64,000 bases of DNA, taken from an uncultured Actinomycetes bacterium (GTDB lineage Bacteria > Actinomycetota > UBA4738 > HRBIN12). The notes beneath the pieces were generated by a model. That model ran no database searches, was not told where the DNA came from, and saw nothing but the letters and a program-made list of their open reading frames with translations. How positions within the stretch are numbered: the stretch's first letter is position 1; every line of letters begins with the position of its first letter. The stretch lies in NCBI GenBank assembly GCA_963832225.1, contig CAWHTI010000012.1, forward strand, positions 690,692-754,691, read 5' to 3'. Shown here one piece after another: positions 39,373 to 48,204 of this stretch. Both the position numbers and the translations under genes were made by a program.

Positions 39373-40746
39373 CTACGGTGCGATGTTCTGGTTCACGCGG
39401 AAGAGGTTGTCCGGGTCGTACGTTCGCTTCACCTCGACCAGCCGATCGTAGTTGCCGCGGTAGCTGGCCCGTAGCTGACCCTGATCGTCTCCGGACATGA
39501 AGTTCACGTAGCCGCCCGCTTCAGCGTGCGGCGCCGTCGCGTCGAAGTACTCCCGGACCCAGGCGATGTTCGCGTCGTTCGTCGCAGGATCGGGCCACAT
39601 CCCCGCGATCACCGTGGCGAACGTCGCGTCGCGATAGGCGAACGCCGTCGCGTCGGCGGCGACACGGTGACACGCTCCGTTGATGGGATAGATGTGCACC
39701 GTCGACTGCAGGCTGGGTACCTTCGGTCCGTGCTCGAGGTGGACGTCGATCGCCTCGTCGGTGAGCTCCGTGGAGAAGTGCGTCTTCCAGTAGTGCTGCA
39801 GGGCCCCTGCCGGATACAGGGCGTCGAAGGCGGCGTTCAGCGCCGGGTACGGCATCGGTCCGACGTGTTCCGCGACGACCGGCGCGACGTCGCGCAGCGG
39901 CTTCAGCACGGCCTCGCCTTCATCGACCGGGCCGGCCCAGCAGGCAACGAAGGCGAGGAACGTGTCGCCGTGCCGATCCTCAGGGATGAACGGCAGCGGC
40001 GGCGCGATCTGGAACGCCGGGAACCCGCCGAACTGCTCGGGCGCGTCGCGGATGAATTCCCGGTAGAACCGGAGCACGTCCCCCGCGGCGGCGAGCTCGA
40101 AGAACATCGGGCCGCCGTAGATCGTGTCGACCGGATGGAGGCGGAACTCGAACGACGTGACCACGCCGAAGTTGCCGCCCCCGCCGCGAAGCCCCCAGAA
40201 CAGATCCTCGTTCTCCCGTTCACTCGCCGTGAGGACGCGACCGTCAGCCGTCACGACCTCGGCCGACACCAGGTTGTCGATCGATAGGCCGGCGCCGCGC
40301 GCGAGGTAGCCGATCCCGCCTCCGAGGGTCAGCCCACCCACGCCCGTGGTCGAGACGACCCCACCCGTCGTGGCGAGGCCGTGTGCGTGCGTCGCGTCGT
40401 TGAAGTCGCCCCACGTGGCGCCGCCCTGCGCACGCGCGATGCCGCCGCCGGCGTCGACGTCGACGTTGCGCATCCCCGAGAGGTCGATCACGACCGCGTC
40501 GTCGGCGGTTCCGAAACCGGGAACGCTGTGGCCGCCGCCGCGGACCGCGACGGGCGATCCGGACGCTCGTGCCTGCGCCACCGCGGCGCGCACATCCCCG
40601 AGGTCGGTCGCTCGCACGATGACTGCCGGCCGTCGGTCGATCATCGCGTTGAAGACGCGCCTGGCGTCGTCATACGACGGATCGTCGCGCATGATCACCT
40701 CGCCTCGAACCGCGGACCGCAGTGCCGTCGCATCGATCGTGCCCAT
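39373..40746 (-). CDS. FAD-binding oxidoreductase (PCMH-type / BBE-like FAD-linked oxidase)
   Basis: FAD-binding domain motifs (VAVRGGGHSVPGFG, GLTLGGGIGYLARGAGLSIDNLV, WGLRGGGGNFGVVTSFEF) and C-terminal BBE-like ending (RLVEVKRTYDPDNLFRVNQNI). Confidence 0.8.
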   Translation of the reverse strand: MGTIDATALRSAVRGEVIMRDDPSYDDARRVFNAMIDRRPAVIVRATDLGDVRAAVAQARASGSPVAVRGGGHSVPGFGTADDAVVIDLSGMRNVDVDAGGGIARAQGGATWGDFNDATHAHGLATTGGVVSTTGVGGLTLGGGIGYLARGAGLSIDNLVSAEVVTADGRVLTASERENEDLFWGLRGGGGNFGVVTSFEFRLHPVDTIYGGPMFFELAAAGDVLRFYREFIRDAPEQFGGFPAFQIAPPLPFIPEDRHGDTFLAFVACWAGPVDEGEAVLKPLRDVAPVVAEHVGPMPYPALNAAFDALYPAGALQHYWKTHFSTELTDEAIDVHLEHGPKVPSLQSTVHIYPINGACHRVAADATAFAYRDATFATVIAGMWPDPATNDANIAWVREYFDATAPHAEAGGYVNFMSGDDQGQLRASYRGNYDRLVEVKRTYDPDNLFRVNQNIAP

Positions 40747-40914
40747 GCCAGGCTCCCTTCTCGGTGCGCCCTCGGCGCCGGTGAGCCACGGATGATATTC
40801 CCGCGACTCCAGATGCGCGAGTCGGGTGGGGTCGAGGCACGCCGAGCGGTGGTCCCGCCGGAGCACCGGGTCGGAGGTGCTCGTCTCTTCCACCGATCAG
40901 CACGGGATGGATCC

Positions 40915-41337
40915 GACGAGAGGGTGGTTGTCGAGATCACGGAGTCCTCGGCGATGCGCGACCCGCAGCGTGCGCACGACGTGCTGTGGGACCTGCACTC
41001 GCGGGGACTCCGCGTGGCGATCGACGACTTCGGCACGGGATACTCGTCATTGTCACGGTTGCGGTCCTTCCCGGTCGACGTGCTCAAGATCGACAGATCC
41101 TTCGTGAGTCACCTCGACCAGGATCCCGGTCTGGCGCACATCGTCGCCGCCTTCATACAGCTCGGCCGTGGCCTCGGCATGACGACGCTCGCGGAGGGCA
41201 TCGAGAACGAAGGAGAGTGGCGGTTCCTCGCGGAACAGGGGTGCGAGCTGGGACAGGGGTACTTCTTCAGCCGACCGGTCCCGGCCGACGACATCACCGA
41301 GCGCATCAAGGCCGGCGGCTTGATCGTCGCCTCGTGA
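40915..41337 (+). pseudogene. EAL-domain (c-di-GMP phosphodiesterase) remnant, 5'-truncated (C-terminal ~140 aa only)
   Basis: EAL C-terminal motifs (VEITESS, RVAIDDFGTGYSSLSRL, DVLKIDRSFV, EGIENEGEWRFLAEQGCELGQGYFFSRP) with no N-terminal half: the upstream region is occupied by the FAD oxidase gene on the opposite strand. Confidence 0.6.
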
Positions 41338-41371
41338 ACCCGGGACGTTGAGAGGTCCGTAGCCGTCCTCC

Positions 41372-42673
41372 TCAACGCCGAACGAGGCGGAGGGTTCGGT
41401 TGGTCAGGTCGGAGAGGGTGGAGTGGTCGTAGCCCATGATCGCGCTGCGGACGCGGTCGTTGAGCGGATCGACCCAGTGCCCGGGGAGCGCATCGGTCCC
41501 GTGCATGGCGCCGAAGACGGAACCGGCGGTGGCGCCGGTGCAATCGGTGTCCCAGCCCCCCTGGACCGCAAGGCCGATCGTCCTGGAGTAATCGTCACGT
41601 CCCCACAGGAGGCCCGCCGTCACCAGCGCAGCGTTGTTGACCGTATGGACGAAGGCGTAGTGGCCGTAGCGTTCCTCGATCTGATCTCTGGCGTCCTCCC
41701 AATCCAGATCCTTCGCATGCAGGTCCATGGCTTCCCTGACCGCCTCCGCAAGCCTCGTGCGGGGTGGGACGTAGGCGAGGGAGATCTCGAGCGCCGTTCG
41801 CATGTCGTCGGTGACGAAGCAGGCGGCGATCAGCGCCGCGACCCACATCTCTCCGTAGATCCCGTTCTGCGTGTGGGAGAGCGATGCATCCTGGAACGCG
41901 AGCAGCGACGCGCGCTCCGGGTCGCCGGGGTACACGTAGCCCCACATGTCGGCTCGGATCTGCGCACCGATCCATTCGCGATAGGGGTTGCGATGCGTGG
42001 CCGTCTCCGGGGCGGTATGGCCGTGGATCAGGTTCCGGTACGCGGCTCGCTCGGCCGTGTAGACCTGCGTGAAGGGGAGATGATCGAGCCACTCCTCGGC
42101 GACGTCCATGGGCCCGAACTCGAACCCCCGATCCTCCAGGATGTGCATGCCGAGGATCGTGTAGTCGGTGTCGTCGTCGCGCGCCATGAACTCCACGTTG
42201 CCTCGCGTGGTCTCGGGCCAGCACCAGTTGAGCTTCAATCCGTCCGGCCATGGATCGAGGACCGGCAGGTAATCGTCGATCGGGTAGGCATCCGCGAGCT
42301 CGAGGTATCGCCGGATCCTCTCGCGGCTCCAACCCTCGACCGGCTTGCCGAGGTTGCAGCCCGCACAGCGCCCGAGCCACGCGGCCAGCAGCCGGTCGCG
42401 AAGACCGTCGTCGTCGAGGGTCAGCGGGGGAACGTCCGGCGGCGGCCCCAGCGCCGCGCGGATCTCCTCGAGCGAGGAGGGTTCGTCGAGATGCCAGTCG
42501 GCGCGCAGCGACGTCTCCTCCAGCGCAGCGTGGGCCCTCGCGATCTCCTCCGTCGACCCGCTCTCCAGAGCGCGCCGGCAGACCTCGTCGACCTCATCGA
42601 CGTCGTACCCGGACTCCCGGCGCTGCGCCAGCTCATCCGACAGCATCTCTGCCACGTCCAACACGTCGTGCAC
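41372..42673 (-). CDS. ADP-ribosylglycohydrolase-family protein
   Basis: ARH fold motifs (GCNLGKPVEGW, GGWDTDCTGATAGSVFGAMHG); 433 aa intact. Confidence 0.75.
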   Translation of the reverse strand: MHDVLDVAEMLSDELAQRRESGYDVDEVDEVCRRALESGSTEEIARAHAALEETSLRADWHLDEPSSLEEIRAALGPPPDVPPLTLDDDGLRDRLLAAWLGRCAGCNLGKPVEGWSRERIRRYLELADAYPIDDYLPVLDPWPDGLKLNWCWPETTRGNVEFMARDDDTDYTILGMHILEDRGFEFGPMDVAEEWLDHLPFTQVYTAERAAYRNLIHGHTAPETATHRNPYREWIGAQIRADMWGYVYPGDPERASLLAFQDASLSHTQNGIYGEMWVAALIAACFVTDDMRTALEISLAYVPPRTRLAEAVREAMDLHAKDLDWEDARDQIEERYGHYAFVHTVNNAALVTAGLLWGRDDYSRTIGLAVQGGWDTDCTGATAGSVFGAMHGTDALPGHWVDPLNDRVRSAIMGYDHSTLSDLTNRTLRLVRR

Positions 42674-42698
42674 GGTCGCTCCTCCCCTTCGATCCGTC

Positions 42699-43697
42699 CT
42701 AGGTCGACCCGCGATCGACGAGCCGTGAATGCAGAACGACCTCGCGCCGCTCGCCCGAGTAGCCGCCGCCGATCCGCTCGGCGAGCAGGCGACCCGCGAC
42801 CCGTCCCGCCTCGTAGGCCGGGTTGATGATCGTCGTCAGCGGCGGGTTGACGAGCGCGGCGGCCTCGATGTCGTCGTACCCGACCAGCGCGAGATCCTCG
42901 GGGATGGAGAGCGTCGCCTCCCGCGCCGCGTCCATGGCCCCGATCGCCATCAGGTCGTTCGCCGAGAAGACGGCCGTGGGCGGCTCCGGCAGCGCCAGGA
43001 GTGTCCGCATGGCGTGCGCACCGCCCGAACGGGTCCAGGCGCCATCCGACGTGAGCTCCGCCTCGAACCGGATCTCCGACTCGGCGAGCCCCCGCCGGTA
43101 GCCGTTGTATCGCTGGAGATCCGTCCCCCGGGCCCCGCGGATCATCCCGACACGCACGTGTCCTCGACGGATCAGATGCCGGGTGGCCTCGAACGCTCCG
43201 TGTTCGTCGTCGGTGAGCACCACGTCGACCCGCGCGTCGTCGACCCTGGCTCCGAGGCTGACCACCGGCATGCCCAGATCGAGGATGTGGTGCAGGTCGG
43301 CCGCCTCGAGCTGGAAGGAGACGATCACCATCCCGTCGACGTGCCGGTCGGCGACGTCGGCGATGAACTCGAGCTCACGCTCCCGCACCGCGTCCGTGTT
43401 GCAGATGTAGGTCCGATATCGCCCCGACACCGCGTCGTCGAGCCCCCGCGCGAGCATCGGATAGTAGGGATTCGTGATGTCGGGGATCACCAGTGCGATC
43501 GTGTCGGAGCGCCGGGTCCGCAGGCTCCGCGCGACGCCGTTGGGCCGGAACCGCAGCTCGTCGATCGTCCGTTCGACCCGTTCGCGCGTGGCCGCGGCCA
43601 CGGGGCGGTTCCCGCTCAGGACGTGCGAGACCGTCGTGCGGCTGACCCCAGCCAGCGCCGCCACCTCGGCGATCGTGGTCCTGCCGTTTCGGGCCAT
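42699..43697 (-). CDS. LacI-family transcriptional regulator
   Basis: N-terminal HTH TIAEVAALAGVSRTTVSHVLSG plus periplasmic-binding-fold sugar-sensor domain; divergent from the sugar ABC operon. Confidence 0.85.
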   Translation of the reverse strand: MARNGRTTIAEVAALAGVSRTTVSHVLSGNRPVAAATRERVERTIDELRFRPNGVARSLRTRRSDTIALVIPDITNPYYPMLARGLDDAVSGRYRTYICNTDAVRERELEFIADVADRHVDGMVIVSFQLEAADLHHILDLGMPVVSLGARVDDARVDVVLTDDEHGAFEATRHLIRRGHVRVGMIRGARGTDLQRYNGYRRGLAESEIRFEAELTSDGAWTRSGGAHAMRTLLALPEPPTAVFSANDLMAIGAMDAAREATLSIPEDLALVGYDDIEAAALVNPPLTTIINPAYEAGRVAGRLLAERIGGGYSGERREVVLHSRLVDRGST

Positions 43698-43879
43698 GGT
43701 CGCGGCCGACTCTGCCGAAAATCGATTTGCATGTCAACCGGCGTGCCTGGCGTGTCTTGCTCACCCCCTGGCACCGGGTCTACACTCCGCCGCAGCCAAA
43801 ACGATTTGGAAGTCGGGCGAACGTCGTGGCGAGCGGGGGCTGAGGCCACGGTCATCGACCGTTTCCGGAATGGATCAGG

Positions 43880-45061
43880 GTGGCGGGTATCTCGCTGGAG
43901 GCCGTGACCAAGACGTACCCGGACGGCACGCGCGCCGTCTCCTCCCTGGATCTGGACGTTCCCGACGGCAGCCTCATGGTGCTCGTCGGACCGTCCGGGT
44001 GCGGCAAGACGACCGCGTTGATGATGGTCGCCGGCCTCGAGGAGGTCACGGAGGGGACGATCCGGATCGGTGACCGGATCGTGAACGACGAGATGCCGAA
44101 GGATCGCGACATCGCGATGGTGTTCCAGAACTACGCGCTGTATCCGCACATGTCCGTCTACAAGAACATGGCGTTCGGTCTGAAGATCCAGAAGGTCGAT
44201 CGACGCGAGATCGATCGACGCGTCCGCGAGGCGGCCCGCACCCTGGAGCTGGGCGACGACCTGTTGGAGAAGAAGCCCAAGCAGCTCTCCGGAGGCCAGC
44301 GGCAACGGGTGGCGATGGGCAGGGCGATCGTCCGGCAGCCTCAGGCGTTCCTGATGGACGAGCCGCTCTCCAACCTCGATGCGAAGCTGCGCGTCGAGAT
44401 GCGGGCGGAGATCTCCCGGATCCAGCGCGAGCTCGGCGTCACCACCATCTACGTGACGCACGATCAGACCGAGGCGATGACGCTCGGGAGCCTCGTCGCC
44501 GTGCTCAACGACGGCGTGCTGAAGCAGGTCGGACCTCCTCAGGAGGTGTATGACCGCCCCGCGGACCTCTTCGTCGCCGGCTTCATGGGTTCTCCGGCGA
44601 TGAACCTGGTCGAGGCCGACCTCTCGGTGGCCGACGGGGGCCGGTTCGTGGAGTTCGGTCACCATCGGCTCCGTTTGGCCGACGACGCCCTCGCGAGACG
44701 TCCGGCCCTCGCCGCCCACGAGGGGAGGAGGATCGTCGTGGGGATCCGCCCGGAGCACATGGAGGACGCGAGCATGATCGACGGCGTGCCCGAGGACCGG
44801 CGGATGCGCGCCGTGGTGGAGATGCGCGAGGCGATGGGGTCCGAGGCATACCTGCATTTCCACGTGCCGGGACCGACGGTGGTCGGTGCCCCGAGTGGAG
44901 GCGACGCCGAAACGGCGGCGGACGTGAACGGCAGTCAAGGATCGAAGTTCGTTGCCCGCGTGCACGCGCAGACGCGGGTCGATGCAGGAGACAACATCGA
45001 ACTGGCCGTGGACACGGCCTCCATGCACTTCTTCGAACCCGGAACCGGGGACAGGATCTGA
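43880..45061 (+). CDS. sugar ABC transporter ATP-binding protein (MalK/UgpC/MsmK type)
   Basis: GTG start; Walker A GPSGCGKTT, signature LSGGQRQRVAMGRAIV, Walker B FLMDEPLSNLD, C-terminal MalK-like regulatory domain; intact 393 aa. Confidence 0.9.
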   Translation: MAGISLEAVTKTYPDGTRAVSSLDLDVPDGSLMVLVGPSGCGKTTALMMVAGLEEVTEGTIRIGDRIVNDEMPKDRDIAMVFQNYALYPHMSVYKNMAFGLKIQKVDRREIDRRVREAARTLELGDDLLEKKPKQLSGGQRQRVAMGRAIVRQPQAFLMDEPLSNLDAKLRVEMRAEISRIQRELGVTTIYVTHDQTEAMTLGSLVAVLNDGVLKQVGPPQEVYDRPADLFVAGFMGSPAMNLVEADLSVADGGRFVEFGHHRLRLADDALARRPALAAHEGRRIVVGIRPEHMEDASMIDGVPEDRRMRAVVEMREAMGSEAYLHFHVPGPTVVGAPSGGDAETAADVNGSQGSKFVARVHAQTRVDAGDNIELAVDTASMHFFEPGTGDRI

Positions 45062-45083
45062 ACCGAGAGAACGGGGGCACGAG

Positions 45084-46370
45084 ATGAGACTCGGGCGTGG
45101 TGCGGCGATGATCGCGGTGTTCGTCATGATCGCGAGCGGGTGCACGGGCGGCGACGACGAACCGCCGGCGGGCGGGGCGGCGCCGAGCGGACCGGTGACC
45201 CTCAGCCTGTGGATCTTCGAGGGCGAGGAGGAGTTCCTGCCGGCGCTGACGGAGGCGTTCGAGGCGGAGCATCCGAACATCACGCTGAAGGTCACCGACA
45301 TCCCCGAGGACAACTACGTCACGAAGATGGACACGGCGCTCGCCGCCGACAGTCCGCCGGATATCGGGTGGGTGTACGAGGCGCGCTGGATGAAGGCCGG
45401 CAGGGTGCTCCCGATCGACGACGTGATCGCGTCCCACCAGATCGACACCTCCGTGTTGAACCAGAACGCCCTCTCCGGCTGCATGTACGAAGGGAGCACG
45501 TATTGCCTGGGGTCGTACACCGGCGCCGTGATGCTGTTCTACAACAAGGACCTCTTCGACGAGGCCGGCCTGCCGTACCCATCGGCCACGGATCCCGATG
45601 TCGGTCGACGAGTACGCGAACGTCGCTCGCAAGCTCACGCAACCCGACGAGGATCTCTCCAAGCACGTCTTCGGCGGGTCGGCCGATCCGCCGTTCTGGT
45701 GGGTCGGCACGAACACCCACTTCAGCGAGGACGGGAAGACGATCGAGGGCCTCGTGAACGACGCCCCGACGGTCCACATGTACGACGTTCTGACGTCGAT
45801 GACCCGCGACAAGGTCGCTCCCAGCGAGTCCGACTACCAGTTCTACGGCAACACGGAGATCCTCGCGACGGGCCAGCTCGCGATGAGCATCACCGACAAC
45901 CTCTCCGCCATCCCGATCCTCGAGAAGGCGGGGGTCAACTGGGGAGCGGCGCCCACGCCCGTCGAGGATGCCGGCGAGCCTGCCTTCGTCAGCGCGTGGA
46001 CGGACCAGTTCGGGCGTCTTCGAGGGAAGCGAGAATCCCGAGGCGGCCAAGGAGTTCATCGCGTTCCTGAGCACGGAGGGGAATCAGCTGCGGGCGGAGA
46101 AGGGCGACGCCCTTCCGCTCGACTCGACGGTCGCAGAGGAGACGGACTGGGCGGGAGAGAGCGAGGGCCGCGCCGAGACGCTGGAGGTCGTCAAGCTCGC
46201 CGAGGACGAGATGTTCGTTCCGGGATTCTGGGAGGTGACGAACCCGCTGTGGGACTCCTTCGCCCTCGTCGTTGAGGGAGAGATGACCGCCCAGGAGGCG
46301 CTGGACGAGGCGGCCCCGAAGATGCAGGAGAGCCTCGATCGAGCCTGGCAGACGTGGGAAGACGACGTAG
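45084..46370 (+). pseudogene. sugar ABC transporter substrate-binding lipoprotein, at least 2 frameshifts (about 45590, 45990); 3' end uncertain
   Basis: Lipoprotein signal MRLGRGAAMIAVFVMIASGC; SBP family-1 sequence continues across ORFs 44952.., 45598.., 45968.. Confidence 0.65.
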
Positions 46371-46374
46371 TCGG

Positions 46375-47290
46375 CCGGGCGACGCAACGTGCGCCGCGTC
46401 GCGGAGGGAGGACGCGGGCGGGATTCCTGTTCGCGTCTCCCTGGCTCATCGGGGTGGTCCTCCTCCTGATCGGCCCGATCATCGCGTCGGTGATCCTGAG
46501 CCTGACCAACTGGAACCTGATCTCGTCGCCGCGATGGGTCGGGTCTGGAGAACTACCGCGACCATGATCGCCAGCGAGAGCTTCTGGCAGTCGATCAAGG
46601 TGACGCTCTTCTACACGGTCGCTCGCCGATCCCGCTCTACCAGGTCGCCGGGCTGGCGCTCGCGCTCCTCCTCAACCAGCGTGTGAAGGGGATGTACATG
46701 TTCCGGACGATCCTGTTCCTGCCGGCGGTCCTGAGCGGCGTGGCCGTGGCGGTGCTGTGGGTCTCGCTCCTCAACCCCGACCTCGGCGTCGTCAACCAGG
46801 GTCTGCGGGCGATCGGCATCGACGACCCGCCACGCTGGCTGCAGAGCCCCACGTGGGCGGTCCCGGCGGTGGTGCTGATGGGGCTGTGGGGGGTGGGGGG
46901 CGGGGCGATCATCTACCTCGCCGGCCTGCAGAACATCCCGCCCGTGCTGTACCAGGCCGCCAAGATGGACGGGGCGGGTCCGTGGCAGACGTTCCAGCCA
47001 CATCACGCTGCCGCTGCTGACGCCGACCCTGCTGTTCACGCTTCTGATCGGGCTCATCGAGGCGTTCCAGGTGTTCGACACGGCCTTCGTGCTGGGCGGC
47101 GGAAGCCGGGGAGGGACCAGGGGTGCGTTGCTCTTCTACGTCCTCAACCTGTGGAACGAGGGATTCCGCAACGGCCGGTTCGGCTACGCATCTGCACTGG
47201 CCTGGGTGCTGGTGGTCGCGGCCGCCGTCGTGATCGTCCTGATCTTCAAGACGTCGAGCCGCTGGGTCTACTACGAGTCGGAGAGACAAC
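46375..47290 (+). pseudogene. sugar ABC transporter permease (MalF/UgpA-like), multiple frameshifts; ends approximate
   Basis: Permease segments (RAGFLFASPWLIGVVLLLIGPIIASVILSL; FRTILFLPAVLSGVAVAVLWVSLLNP; EAA-like loop AAKMDGAGPWQTF; VFDTAFVLGGG...LLFYVLNLW) lie in at least three frames. Confidence 0.6.
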
Positions 47291-47360
47291 TGACGTGCGC
47301 GACCGCCGTCGATCCGATCGGACCGGCCGCGCCCACGATGCACGCCCGGAATCCCGGAGC

Positions 47361-48203
47361 ATGCTCCGACACGCGCTCTATCTGGTGCTGACCTACGCGG
47401 CGCTGCTGGGGCTGTGCGCGCTGATCATCTTGCCGCTGAGCTGGATGATCACGGTCGCGCTCAAGCCCGACAACGCACCGGTCTTCACGTTCCCGCCCGA
47501 GTGGCTCCCGACCGAACACTGGCACTGGGAGAACTTCAGCCGGGCGCTGCTGCGATCCGGCACGGCCGTTCCTGCGCTACACGCTCAACACGCTGATCAT
47601 CGTCGCTGGGAACATCGTCGGCACGCTGTTCTCCTGCTCGCTCGTCGCCTATGCGTTCGCAAGGCTCCGCTTCCGGGGTCGCGAGTTCCTGTTCAACGTG
47701 CTGATCATCACGATGCTCATCCCGTGGCAGACGCTGATGATCCCCCAGTTCCTGATGTTCTTCCAGCTCGGGCTGGTACGGCACCTACCTGCCGCTGATC
47801 GTGCCGTCGTTCTTCGCCAACGCCTTCTTCATCTTCCTGATCCGCCAGTACATGCGGACGATCCCGAAGGAGCTCGAGAACGCGGCCAGGGTGGACGGCT
47901 GCAACCACTTCCAGGTCTTCTGGCACATCGTGCTGCCGCTCTGCAAGCCGGTGCTGGCCGTCTGCGTGGTCTTCGTCTTCCTCGGGCGAATGGAACGACC
48001 TGCTGGGACCGCTCATCTACCTCGACAGCAACGAGGAGTTCACCGTCGCGATCGGGATGGCCAACATCGTGACGCGCGGGGATCCGGCCACGAACCTGCT
48101 GATGGCCGCGAACCTGATCATGATGCTGCCCGCGATCGTCCTGTACTTCTTCGCCCAGGAGAAGCTGATCGGCGGCATCGCGTCGGTCGGACTCAAGGGA
48201 TGA
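47361..48203 (+). pseudogene. sugar ABC transporter permease (MalG/UgpE-like), at least 4 frameshifts
   Basis: MLRHALYLVLTYAALLGLCALIILPLSWMITVALKP; IITMLIPWQTLMIPQFLMFFQLGL; EAA motif region PKELENAARVDGCNHFQVFWHIVLP; C-terminus NLLMAANLIMMLPAIVLYFFAQEKLIGG found in different frames. Confidence 0.6.
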
Positions 48204-48204
48204 C

